Origin: Candidatus Iainarchaeum sp.
Lineage (GTDB): Archaea > Iainarchaeota > Iainarchaeia > Iainarchaeales > VGJJ01
Reading direction: 5' to 3'
Length of the DNA stretch: 59,834 bases
Assembly: GCA_016867455.1 (NCBI GenBank)
Contig: VGJJ01000002.1
Span: 1 to 59,834, forward strand
Part shown: piece by piece, positions 36,206 through 44,563 of the stretch
Layout of the letters: each line of letters starts with the position of its first letter
How positions within the stretch are numbered: the stretch's first letter is position 1
Notes under the pieces: model-generated
Seen by the model: only the letters and a program-made list of their open reading frames with translations
Database searches by the model: none
What the model was told of the DNA's origin: nothing
Made by a program: the position numbers and the translations under genes

Positions 36206-36616
36206 TTATCGTTTCGAATGCTGCTTCTTTCTTCGAGCCTTGGGTCCAAGAGGTTTCTTGGGTTCAGTACGTCGAGGATCGTCAACGAGCAACATTCGGT
36301 CGTATTCTAAGTATCGTTTGCGGAGTTTTTCATCCCCCGTGTATTCGACTAATGCTTTGGCAATAGTCCCGCGTGCGGCGATGGCTTGTGAGATGGGTCC
36401 GGACCCGTGAACGTGTACGGAGATGTTGACTCCTTGGGCTGCCTCTCCTGCAAGGACGATTGGTTCTTGGATGAGTGCGCGCAGCGATGCGGGTTCCACG
36501 AGTTCTAAGTTTCGCGTGTTGATGCGTACAACTCCTTTTCCCGCGTGGATAGTGGCTTGGGCGGTGGCCTCTTTCTTTTTGGCTTTGAATAGTGTTTGTT
36601 TTTTTCGCTTAGCCAT
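36206..36616 (-). CDS. rps9: 30S ribosomal protein uS9
   Basis: 136 aa; GSGPISQAIAARGTIAKAL, ends ...RRKKQHSKR. Confidence 0.92.
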   Translation of the reverse strand: MAKRKKQTLFKAKKKEATAQATIHAGKGVVRINTRNLELVEPASLRALIQEPIVLAGEAAQGVNISVHVHGSGPISQAIAARGTIAKALVEYTGDEKLRKRYLEYDRMLLVDDPRRTEPKKPLGPKARRKKQHSKR

Positions 36617-36625
36617 GGGTGATCA

Positions 36626-37117
36626 TTACTCCTTGATTTCGTTGTATCCTAATGCGTTGGCGAGTTTTAACACAGTGGTTGTTCCTTTGGTCTTCGTGTT
36701 TTGGGCCTCGTTCATTCCCTTGAATGTTTTTCCCTCATATTGGGCGGGTTTTCCGATGAATGTTTTGAGTCGGCGCATGGCTTCGACTCCGCGTTGCGTG
36801 CGGTGGGGGACCATTCCTTCAATGACTTCTCTCACAATGCGATCGGGCACGCGTGAGAAGCGGGGTCCTGTTTCAGGGTTTCCGCGGGGTCGTAAATCGA
36901 GTCGTGTTTGCCATAGTTTTTGTAGCACAACGGGGTTTCCCGTAAATACTGCTTTTTCGGTGTTGATGACAACCACGCTTTCTCCGCGCAATAATTCTCC
37001 GGCGACTAAGCTGGCGAGTCGTCCGACAATCATGTTGTTTGCGTCCACGTATTTTGTTTCGCGTGCAGGCGCCTTGCTGGTTGAGCGTGTTTTGGTTGTT
37101 TCTTTTTTGGCAGTCAT
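36626..37117 (-). CDS. rpl13: 50S ribosomal protein uL13
   Basis: 163 aa; VDANNMIVGRLASLVAGELLRGESVVVINTEKAVFTG. Confidence 0.92.
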   Translation of the reverse strand: MTAKKETTKTRSTSKAPARETKYVDANNMIVGRLASLVAGELLRGESVVVINTEKAVFTGNPVVLQKLWQTRLDLRPRGNPETGPRFSRVPDRIVREVIEGMVPHRTQRGVEAMRRLKTFIGKPAQYEGKTFKGMNEAQNTKTKGTTTVLKLANALGYNEIKE

Positions 37118-37118
37118 G

Positions 37119-37487
37119 TTATTTCACCAGAATCATTTTGGATGCGGGAACTTTTTGTTCGACGATTTCATTCAATGTCATGGCTTTTCCTTTGGCCGCG
37201 AGGATTTTTTTCTTGGCGGTTTCCGAATAGGCATATGCGGCCACGTGCAGGGGGGCTGATAATTCTCCCTTGGATAATACTTTTCCTGCTACGACGAGTA
37301 TTTTGTCCTTGTAGAGCGTGCTCATTTTTTCTAAGTGAGCTAAGCTGACTTCTGCCCGTTCACGTGTGGAAACACCCATGAGGGCGGTTAATACTCCGTA
37401 GGCGTTTTCGTTGCTTGCCTTGCGGTGCTTATCGAGTTTCACGATGAGTTCGCGCGTGCTTGTTTTGGTGGGTCCGGTTCGTTTCAT
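37119..37487 (-). CDS. rpl18e: 50S ribosomal protein eL18
   Basis: The ATG 37487 product starts MKRTGPTKTSTRELIVKL, a typical eL18 N-terminus. The ORF-track TTG 37559 lies inside the palindromic element. Confidence 0.85.
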   Translation of the reverse strand: MKRTGPTKTSTRELIVKLDKHRKASNENAYGVLTALMGVSTRERAEVSLAHLEKMSTLYKDKILVVAGKVLSKGELSAPLHVAAYAYSETAKKKILAAKGKAMTLNEIVEQKVPASKMILVK

Positions 37488-37547
37488 AATGATCAGTTGT
37501 TGGCTGCGTTTTTTTGAGCGTTTTTCTTTTCCATTAACATTTTTTCC

Positions 37548-37607
37548 GTTTTTGATCAAACTTTTTTTGAAAAAGTTTGTTTTGATTAAACTTTTCTCAA
37601 AAGTTTA
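37548..37607 (+). repeat. palindromic intergenic element, tandem copies c1 and c2
   Basis: GTTTTTGATCAAACTTTTTTTGAAAAAGTTTG (37548-37579) and TTTTGATTAAACTTTTCTCAAAAGTTTA (37580-37607). c2 abuts the tRNA-Leu 3' end. Confidence 0.85.
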
Positions 37608-37691
37608 TGCAGGAGACAGGATTCGAACCTGTGAAGGCACTAAGCCACGGGATCTTAAGTCCCGCCCCTTTGACCGCTCGGGAACTCCTGC
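37608..37691 (-). tRNA. tRNA-Leu (anticodon UAA), class II
   Basis: 84 nt: acceptor GCAGGAG/CTCCTGC, anticodon stem CGGGA/TCCCG with loop CTTAAGA, long variable arm, T-arm ACAGG-TTCGAAT-CCTGT. Confidence 0.92.
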
Positions 37692-37750
37692 GATGGGTAA
37701 ATCAACAGGGTTCCGATGCGATTAAGAAGCCTCCTTTTTTACGCGTTTTT

Positions 37751-38518
37751 TTAGAGCCCCTCCTTGATTTGTTCCATGAATTCGTCTGCTTTTGTAGAGA
37801 TGATTTCGCACGCGGTGTGGAGTATTTCTTTCGTGGAGAGTGCTCCCGTGCTTTCCATCATGAGGATGAATCCCGTGTCATCGGCATCCACTTGGATGTT
37901 TTGGCTCCCGCCTACTTCTTCGCAGGCGCCGCAGAGTGTACAATCAGCTTCTTGCGTGATGGAGAGTTTCTTTCCTTTGACTTCGATTATTTTGACGGGG
38001 CAGCTGGCAGCGATTTTTTGCATCGTGTTCGCGTCAATGGTATCATTAATCGTGAATGTGGGGAGTGCTCGGAATCCGATGACGCAGGGTTGGTATTTGG
38101 CGTGGTCTTTTCCTATTCCCACGACGGCCTCTCCTTCAATGCGTATGCGTTGATCCGCCTTGAGTTTGGTGAGGAGGATTTTTTTGTCTAACACGTCTAC
38201 TACGGCGTCGTTGAATTTTATTTCTGATGAGTACACGGTTCCCGGTCCCGTGGCGTCGAGGGAGAATTTTACTTTGTCTCCTAATCGGTATCCCTTGGCG
38301 TCCATTTTGATGGGGATGAGTCCGAGTCGGTGTCCTAAGAATTCGTCGAACAACACGCCGTTGTTTTCGTAAATGCCCAATTCTTCAATGGCGAGGATGG
38401 GGACTTCGCTCATGGATACTCTTCGGAGTGCGTTAATTGTGGCGGTGCTCGTTCCTTTAATCAAAACGTGGGCAGTATTTCCTTTGTCTTGAAGCACTTT
38501 CACTGCGTTTCGGGCCAT
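37751..38518 (-). CDS. rpoD: DNA-directed RNA polymerase subunit D (Rpb3-like) with a 4-Cys ferredoxin-like insert
   Basis: Start moved to ATG 38518 (SD GGAGG 7 nt upstream). MARNAVKVLQDKGNTAHVLIKG...; Cys set ASCP...CTLCGAC. Confidence 0.9.
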   Translation of the reverse strand: MARNAVKVLQDKGNTAHVLIKGTSTATINALRRVSMSEVPILAIEELGIYENNGVLFDEFLGHRLGLIPIKMDAKGYRLGDKVKFSLDATGPGTVYSSEIKFNDAVVDVLDKKILLTKLKADQRIRIEGEAVVGIGKDHAKYQPCVIGFRALPTFTINDTIDANTMQKIAASCPVKIIEVKGKKLSITQEADCTLCGACEEVGGSQNIQVDADDTGFILMMESTGALSTKEILHTACEIISTKADEFMEQIKEGL

Positions 38519-38530
38519 GGTTTCTCCTCC

Positions 38531-38557
38531 AACTTTTGATAAACGTTTGATCAAAAA
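38531..38557 (-). repeat. palindromic intergenic element, copy e (degenerate)
   Basis: The minus strand reads TTTTTGATCAAACGTTTATCAAAAGTT, 12 nt before the rpoD ATG. Its T-run is shared with the preceding hairpin. Confidence 0.65.
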
Positions 38558-38573
38558 CCCTCTTGGGGGTTTT
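38554..38573 (-). terminator. hairpin AAAACCC-CCAAGA-GGGTTTT plus T-run after rps11
   Basis: 7-bp stem followed by TTTTT on the minus strand, 14 nt after the rps11 stop. Confidence 0.4.
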
Positions 38574-38586
38574 AGTCAATCAATCA

Positions 38587-38982
38587 TCAAACTTTTTTGC
38601 TCCTGTGTTTTTTCTTCTTTCGTGTTCCATCGTGCGGTGTCGGCGTGACGTTTTCGATGGAGATGATTCTCATTCCGTTGCGCGTCAGGCTGCGGATGGC
38701 GGCTTCTGCACCTTGTCCGGGGTTGCGGGGTCGAATTCCACCTTTGGCGCGTACGCGCACATGCACCGTGGAGATTCCTTTTTCGCGTGCTTTCTGCGCG
38801 ATCGTCTCGGCGATTTTCATGGCGGCGTAGGGGCTGCCTTCTTTGTGTTGTGTTTTCACCACGACTCCACCCGAGCATTTGGCGAGGGTTTCTGCTCCCG
38901 TCAAATCCGTTAAGAGGATAATCGTATTGTTGTGCGTCGCGAAAATGTGCACCAATCCTACTTTGTTTTCTTTGTCAGCCAT
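38587..38982 (-). CDS. rps11: 30S ribosomal protein uS11
   Basis: 131 aa; GLVHIFATHNNTIILLTD...GPGAEAAIRSL-like segments. Confidence 0.93.
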   Translation of the reverse strand: MADKENKVGLVHIFATHNNTIILLTDLTGAETLAKCSGGVVVKTQHKEGSPYAAMKIAETIAQKAREKGISTVHVRVRAKGGIRPRNPGQGAEAAIRSLTRNGMRIISIENVTPTPHDGTRKKKKHRSKKV

Positions 38983-38988
38983 GGTGAA

Positions 38989-39639
38989 TCACTTTCCTTC
39001 CTCTGCTTCTTGGGCTGCTTCGGCCGCTTCGGGAGAGATGGGGTTTTCTTCCTGTTCTCCGGCGAGTTTTGTTTCGGTTCCCGCGGGTTCTCCTCGCATT
39101 TGGGCAAAGTCTTTAGCCAATTGTTTGGCGTCCTTTTGCTTTTGTTGAGGGGATTGCAGCACCATGGGTTTTCCGTGATACGTAATCGTGGCTTCTTCGT
39201 CTTTGCTCACGAAGAAGGATGGCACCGTTACTTTAGTTCCGTTCACTGAAATGTGTCCGTGCGTGATGAATTGTCTCGCTTGCTTGGGGCTATTCGCGAG
39301 GTTTTTTCTCCACACGATGGTTTGTAATCGTCTTTCGAGGAATGATTCCAGGGAGAGGGATAGAACATCCTGCAGTGCGGGTTTTCCTCGCATGACACCC
39401 ATTTTGATGAGTGAATCCAATAGTTCTTTTTCTTTGGCTGCGCGTTTTTCTAATGGCAATGCTAACACGTTCTTAGCGTTGCGTCGCTTCGCTCGAAGAG
39501 TGGCTTCCATTCCTCTGATTTCACGCTTGTTGCGTAAACCATAGAGTTGTCGGAGATTGCGTTCCGTCTCCAAGAGTTTCTTGTCCCATGGCTTCTTGGG
39601 AGTTCCGTATTTTTTGGTTGCGAATTTTGGGTCACCCAT
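38989..39639 (-). CDS. rps4: 30S ribosomal protein uS4 (with an acidic C-terminal extension)
   Basis: MGDPKFATKKYGTPKKPWDK...; S4 RNA-binding domain; ~55-aa Q/E/A-rich tail. Confidence 0.92.
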   Translation of the reverse strand: MGDPKFATKKYGTPKKPWDKKLLETERNLRQLYGLRNKREIRGMEATLRAKRRNAKNVLALPLEKRAAKEKELLDSLIKMGVMRGKPALQDVLSLSLESFLERRLQTIVWRKNLANSPKQARQFITHGHISVNGTKVTVPSFFVSKDEEATITYHGKPMVLQSPQQKQKDAKQLAKDFAQMRGEPAGTETKLAGEQEENPISPEAAEAAQEAEEGK

Positions 39640-39651
39640 GATTGTTCACCT

Positions 39652-40149
39652 TTACTTCTTTCCTTCTGCTTTCGCGGGCGCGGCCGGTTTGGCTTCGACT
39701 TTCTTTTCGACTCCCACTGAAGATCCTCGTTTTCTTCCACTGGTGCGGGTTCGTTGTCCTCGTACCGTGAGTCCGAGCGAGTGTCGCAATCCCTTGTAGG
39801 ATTTGAGTTTCTTCATGGTTTGTAAATCGTTACGTATCGCGAAGTCTAAATCGTTCATCACTAAGTGAACGTTCTTTCCTTCGTGCATTTTACTCCTGTT
39901 GGTAGTCCACGCGGGAATGCCGTGTTTCTGTGGAGCGAGCACGATGGCTTCGAGTTGAGCGTCCATGCTTTCGGGCAATTGTCCTAATGGTGTGTTGTAG
40001 GAAATGTTGTGTTCTTTTTGGAATTGGTAGGCAATCATTCGTGCCATGCGGATACCGATGCCCTTTATTCCGGTCAATGCACGATAAATGGGAATGCTTC
40101 CGTTCAAGTCTTTGTTGGCAATACGCACAATGTATCTAATTTCGGCCAT
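39652..40149 (-). CDS. rps13: 30S ribosomal protein uS13
   Basis: IRYIVRIANKDLNGSIPIYRALTGIKGIG; K/A-rich tail. Confidence 0.93.
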   Translation of the reverse strand: MAEIRYIVRIANKDLNGSIPIYRALTGIKGIGIRMARMIAYQFQKEHNISYNTPLGQLPESMDAQLEAIVLAPQKHGIPAWTTNRSKMHEGKNVHLVMNDLDFAIRNDLQTMKKLKSYKGLRHSLGLTVRGQRTRTSGRKRGSSVGVEKKVEAKPAAPAKAEGKK

Positions 40150-40152
40150 GAT

Positions 40153-40386
40153 TTATTCACCCTTTCCTAGCATTTTTTTCAAATCGTCTCGTGTGTGGTT
40201 TGCGTGCACGTTCAACACGTTTGTTGTTGGGAGCAAGTGGTTCACGTTGCATTTTCCTTTCTTCGTGTACATTCCTTCCACCATCGCGAATCCGTTTTTG
40301 GCGTCTTCAATGATGATGACTTTTTTTCCGGCGTCGCGTCCAGTTGTCTTGTAGCAGACTCTTCCTTTCGTGTAAACGTTTGACAT
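40153..40386 (-). CDS. rpl14e: 50S ribosomal protein eL14
   Basis: 77 aa; KOW-like GRVCYKTTGRDAGKKVIIIE. Confidence 0.85.
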   Translation of the reverse strand: MSNVYTKGRVCYKTTGRDAGKKVIIIEDAKNGFAMVEGMYTKKGKCNVNHLLPTTNVLNVHANHTRDDLKKMLGKGE

Positions 40387-40390
40387 AGTG

Positions 40391-40729
40391 TTATTTCACC
40401 TGCTTCTCAATTTGTTTCATATAATTGCGAATGGAAATATCCGTGTCGGACATTTTTTTGATGCCTGCATCGACTTTGGCTACTTCAGTAATAATGATTC
40501 GTTTGCACGTGTTGCATAAAATTCCGCTCATCATGCCGGTCGGTCTACGCTGCGTTTTGGATATTTTGGCCATGCGTGAACGATTGGCTCCGTGGGCGAC
40601 TCCGTGCAATACGGCATTGCAGTTGGCGCAGCGGAGTTTTTTGTGTTTTTTTCCTTTGGTAATCATTCGCGTGGCTTTGGCTGTGCGTCGGAAGCCGCGG
40701 AGTTTTCGTCGTTCGGATTTGGATGGCAT
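40391..40729 (-). CDS. rpl34e: 50S ribosomal protein eL34
   Basis: 112 aa; basic N-terminus and CANCNAVLHGV...CNTC zinc ribbon. Confidence 0.85.
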   Translation of the reverse strand: MPSKSERRKLRGFRRTAKATRMITKGKKHKKLRCANCNAVLHGVAHGANRSRMAKISKTQRRPTGMMSGILCNTCKRIIITEVAKVDAGIKKMSDTDISIRNYMKQIEKQVK

Positions 40730-40730
40730 A

Positions 40731-41204
40731 TTATTGTTTCACCGTCATTGTTTGTTTTTTTTCGAGATGATTATCATACGTGTTGAGAACGTGGTTCACA
40801 ACCATGGAGATGAGGAAGCTGCACAACACGTAGAACCAGAACCAGTCTCCCTGCGCCCATACCATGTTGAGCGGGTAGAATAGTTCGATTTTGGTTCCAT
40901 TGTAGGCGTGGGAGACCAATCCAAATAGGGGGAGAAAAACAATCATGTTGACAATCATCAACTTGGGCATGTTTTTCATCGTGCTCGTTGAGAGTTCCAT
41001 CATTTCGCGTTGGACTCGCTCAACTTCATTTTTGGCGGATTCTCCTTTTTTCATCAACTCCTTTAGTTCGGCGTTTTTTTCCTTCATGTTTTTTTGGATA
41101 CGACGGGTTTCCTTTCGGTTTCCCATCACCAATTGCACGGTCTGGCTAATTACCGCAAATAGTGCGGAAATGACCACCAAATCCATGGCAGGGTTGGTAA
41201 ACAT
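40731..41204 (-). CDS. DUF106 / EMC3-TMCO1-like membrane insertase homolog (Oxa1 superfamily)
   Basis: 157 aa: TM, then coiled-coil (KNMKEKNAELKELMKKGE..), then 2 TM. It sits in the conserved position after secY in archaeal spc operons. Confidence 0.75.
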   Translation of the reverse strand: MFTNPAMDLVVISALFAVISQTVQLVMGNRKETRRIQKNMKEKNAELKELMKKGESAKNEVERVQREMMELSTSTMKNMPKLMIVNMIVFLPLFGLVSHAYNGTKIELFYPLNMVWAQGDWFWFYVLCSFLISMVVNHVLNTYDNHLEKKQTMTVKQ

Positions 41205-41315
41205 AGGGGGTTTAACGGTTCTCCTTTTTTTCCCTATTTTTAGGGGTTTTCCAAGGTAATTCCCTTGGAGAACGTTTTAAAACATTGGGAATGGAACCGT
41301 CATTTTCCTCCTCTT

Positions 41316-42701
41316 TTATTTCTCTCCGAAGAAGCCTTTCAGCGCGGGATGCATGTCCATGAGCTGAGCCTTGGCTAATTCTTCGTATAATCGATAAACG
41401 ATTCCGCATGTCAATAGAACACCTGTTCCAGAGACGAGGGATGCGACGGTGATGTCCGATAATCCGGCAAGCAATGCCACGAAAATGGATCCCATGACCG
41501 TGACTTGGGGAATATACCGGTCTAACACTTTTTGCATGATTCGGGGATCGCGTCGGAATCCAGGGATGGACATTCCGCTCTTGTCTAATTGTTCGGACAC
41601 GGCTTTGCTTCCTTGTCCCCCTAACTCGATCCAGAATTTACCAAAAATGATACACGTGATCACGAGCACCACCAAGTATACGATGGCTTGGGCAACTTCC
41701 ATGGCGGTGGTGGATGTTATTCCGAGGGTTAAGAGTCCTTCCAGCAAGGAGAAGCTTCCTCCCACACGCGGGGAGGTGGTGGCCCATGATAATCCTGAGA
41801 AGATGGTGTTCACGTAGGGAATTCCTGCCGTGAGAGTGGACCATAAATGAATATTAGCAAATAATGCGGCGGCGAGAATCACAGGCATGTTGGACACATA
41901 CAAGAATTTCACAGGGTATCGTCCTCCCGCACCGCTTTGTCCCATGGCGATGGGAATATTCACGTGCATTCCTTCCGCGAATACCACGGCGAGGAAAATT
42001 AATATGACGAATAAAATGGGGACAAATCCCACGAATGCTGAATACGCATTTCCTTCGAGGAGCGATTGAGCAATGGTGAAAATTCTTCCAGCGCTGCCGA
42101 ATTGGTCCGCGGGTCGGAATACTTGCCAGAAGAATCCTTGAGCGACTCCTCCAGCAATGAATAATCCAATTCCGCTTCCGATTCCCCATTTGGAAACCAG
42201 TTCGTCTAAGTATAGGAGGATGATGCTTCCGAGTGCAATTTGGAGCACGACAAAAATGAACATTCCGGGAGAAGCGGACAAAAATCCTACTCCGGGGATG
42301 CCAAATCCTAAGAATGCGGCTCCTTCAAAGAATGATAAAATAATCGCGAGCAATTTTTGAGTCGCTGTAAATCGTGCTTTGTTTTCGGGAATGCTCAAAT
42401 CCAATTGGATGAGTCCTCCTCCCACGAGTAATTGTAATACGATGGATGCTAATACAATGGGTCCAATTCCAACCGTGATGAGCGACCCAATGTCGGATGC
42501 GAGAATGGTTTGGAGTGCTTCGACCTGTTGGATGGAACTTCCCGAGAGTCCAATGAGTTCGATTTGTCCCATGACAAAAAATAATAGTAATGCGAGTCCC
42601 GAGAAGAGCAGTTTTTGCATCAACGGGGGCGCGGTCGTCGGTCGATGTACTTCAGGCAATAATTTGAGAATGGGGTCGAGACGCTCGAAGAATGATGTCA
42701 T
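41316..42701 (-). CDS. secY: preprotein translocase subunit SecY
   Basis: 461 aa with 10-TM architecture. Operon position is after uL15. Confidence 0.93.
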   Translation of the reverse strand: MTSFFERLDPILKLLPEVHRPTTAPPLMQKLLFSGLALLLFFVMGQIELIGLSGSSIQQVEALQTILASDIGSLITVGIGPIVLASIVLQLLVGGGLIQLDLSIPENKARFTATQKLLAIILSFFEGAAFLGFGIPGVGFLSASPGMFIFVVLQIALGSIILLYLDELVSKWGIGSGIGLFIAGGVAQGFFWQVFRPADQFGSAGRIFTIAQSLLEGNAYSAFVGFVPILFVILIFLAVVFAEGMHVNIPIAMGQSGAGGRYPVKFLYVSNMPVILAAALFANIHLWSTLTAGIPYVNTIFSGLSWATTSPRVGGSFSLLEGLLTLGITSTTAMEVAQAIVYLVVLVITCIIFGKFWIELGGQGSKAVSEQLDKSGMSIPGFRRDPRIMQKVLDRYIPQVTVMGSIFVALLAGLSDITVASLVSGTGVLLTCGIVYRLYEELAKAQLMDMHPALKGFFGEK

Positions 42702-43189
42702 TCAGCATCTCCTGCCCCAGCGGACGGGTCGCGGACTTTGGTCTCGCCGCCGGCTGTTTCATATTCATCTGCAATTTCTCCATTTGCTTCTTCAATTTTG
42801 GATCGTGCTTTTTCCGTTACGCGCACGTTTTTCACGTACCATTCTCCTTTCACGTCTCCGCTTCCGAGCAACGTGGAGAGTCCTACTTTGGCTCCGTCGA
42901 TGACAATCATATCGTCTTCTTGCGTGACTTTTCCTTGTTTCATCCATTTTTCAATTTGTTGAGAAACTTGTCCCACGTTTAATGATTTTCCTTTGATATG
43001 GAACGAGTGCATGCGGACTTTGTTTCCGAATGTCATCCAGTATTTGGAGAATTTGTGCTTGTGGCTTCCGGCGCGTCCAACTCCTCCGCGGTTTCCGGAA
43101 CCTCTCCAGTTCTTCGTGTCTCCGTGTCCGTGAGTCCGTTCACCCAACTGCTTGTTGGCGCGTCTTCGTTTTCGTACAACCATGTTCAT
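42698..43189 (-). CDS. rpl15: 50S ribosomal protein uL15
   Basis: RRANKQLGERTHGHGDTKNWRGSGNRGGVGRAGSHKH. Confidence 0.92.
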   Translation of the reverse strand: MNMVVRKRRRANKQLGERTHGHGDTKNWRGSGNRGGVGRAGSHKHKFSKYWMTFGNKVRMHSFHIKGKSLNVGQVSQQIEKWMKQGKVTQEDDMIVIDGAKVGLSTLLGSGDVKGEWYVKNVRVTEKARSKIEEANGEIADEYETAGGETKVRDPSAGAGDAE

Positions 43190-43199
43190 TCCCCTTTTT

Positions 43200-43661
43200 T
43201 CACATCATTTGCGTAATCATTTCATCTAACCCGTTCTCGTGGAATCCAAGTGGTCCTTTTAATCCCACTCCTTTCTTGATTCCCACGTGACCATACCCCT
43301 TGCGTGGAGAGTTGAGTCGCATGACAGGCTTTACTCCCACTTTAGAGAGGGTTGTTTTTTCTTCGTGCAATGCTTTCGCCAACGCGGCAATGGAATCTAG
43401 TTGGTGTTTTTTCAAAAAGTCCATTGAGAGTGGTTTATCTCCTTCTAATCGTGCGCGTTTCTGCAATAAAGTTGAGAGTGTTTCCACTTTTAGGGTGCCG
43501 AATGCCACGTAGTCTTTGACTTGGTGTAGCAATCCCTTCGTGCTCTCGTTTACGGGAACGAGTACGCAGTGGTTTTTGCGGTCTAATTGCAATGTTTTGA
43601 GTGCTGTCTTCGTGGCGGGACGAATGTCCTTGAGTCCGCGTACTCGTACAATGGCGTACAT
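43200..43661 (-). CDS. rpl30: 50S ribosomal protein uL30
   Basis: MYAIVRVRGLKDIRPATKTALKTLQLDRKNHCVLV. Confidence 0.92.
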   Translation of the reverse strand: MYAIVRVRGLKDIRPATKTALKTLQLDRKNHCVLVPVNESTKGLLHQVKDYVAFGTLKVETLSTLLQKRARLEGDKPLSMDFLKKHQLDSIAALAKALHEEKTTLSKVGVKPVMRLNSPRKGYGHVGIKKGVGLKGPLGFHENGLDEMITQMM

Positions 43662-43663
43662 AC

Positions 43664-44563
43664 TTATTGTCCTCCCACAATTTGACTAAATTTTTTCTGC
43701 ATATCCGGCGACATGCGTACTTGGTTGAGTCGCTCCATCGCATTGTAGGCCGCTCTCACGTAATTGAGTTTCGTGTCCGAGCTTCCTTTGGTTTTTCCCC
43801 AAACATCCGTGATTCCGGCGAATCGGAAAACGTCTTGGATTTGCTTTCCTACAACGAGTCCGGTTCCTTTGGGGGCAGGGTACAACGTTACACGTACGGA
43901 TCCTGATTTTCCGGTGACTTTGAATGGTACGCTGCGCGTGCTATTGGAGAAGTCTTCCCAGCTTCCGCTTCCTACGCGGACGGGCATGAGTTTCAATCGT
44001 GCATCGCGTCCGGCTTTTCGTATCGCGGGGAAGCGTTCCTTGTCGGAGCCCATTCCTAATCCGATGTATCGTTTTCCATCCCCTACTAATACGAATGCGG
44101 CAAAGTTGAATTTTCGTCCGGATGCGCGAACATAGGTTGTTTTGCGCGTATCAATCATTTGTTCTTGCAAGTCCGGAACAAGCATGTCGACGATTTCGCT
44201 TTCGAGAACGGGCAAGTGTCTCGCCCATAATTCTTCCATGGATTTTATTTCTCCACTTTTAACGAGTCTTCCGGCTTCTGTTTTGGGAACCCAATCGTCA
44301 ATGACGCGTTGCTGTTCGCTCGTGAGTGAACCCGTGGCGGATGCTTCCATTTCTTTCAATTGTTCATCCGTCATGAGTTCTTTTCGAAAAACTTCTCCTC
44401 GGCGTGGTCCGCGAGGTCCTCCGCGTGGTCCGCCTCTTCCTCCGAATCCGCCGCCGCGTCCGCCAAATCCGCCGCTTTTTCCGCGTGCATTTGCTGCGAA
44501 TTTTCCTCGTGGTTTGAATCCGCCGGGTCTTCCGGATCGCGCTGATTTCTTTTCGTCACTCAT
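43664..44563 (-). CDS. rps5: 30S ribosomal protein uS5 with an N-terminal RGG-rich extension
   Basis: 299 aa. The first ~58 aa are Arg/Gly repeats (GGFGGRGGGFGGRGGPRGGPRGPRRG), followed by canonical uS5 dsRBD and C-terminal domains. Confidence 0.92.
   Translation of the reverse strand: MSDEKKSARSGRPGGFKPRGKFAANARGKSGGFGGRGGGFGGRGGPRGGPRGPRRGEVFRKELMTDEQLKEMEASATGSLTSEQQRVIDDWVPKTEAGRLVKSGEIKSMEELWARHLPVLESEIVDMLVPDLQEQMIDTRKTTYVRASGRKFNFAAFVLVGDGKRYIGLGMGSDKERFPAIRKAGRDARLKLMPVRVGSGSWEDFSNSTRSVPFKVTGKSGSVRVTLYPAPKGTGLVVGKQIQDVFRFAGITDVWGKTKGSSDTKLNYVRAAYNAMERLNQVRMSPDMQKKFSQIVGGQ

Noticed and set aside
36423-37259. 278-aa plus-strand ORF.
   Set aside because: It lies entirely antisense to rps9, rpl13 and rpl18e, which have unambiguous r-protein sequences. 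Its composition is the mirror of those genes, and it has no start context.
37488-37559. N-terminal 24-aa extension of eL18 starting from the TTG at 37559 (coordinates given in minus-strand order).
   Set aside because: The TTG lies inside the TTGATCAAA box of the palindromic element, and the ATG at 37487 gives the canonical MKRTGPT N-terminus. Because other r-proteins here do carry basic extensions, this is not fully excluded.
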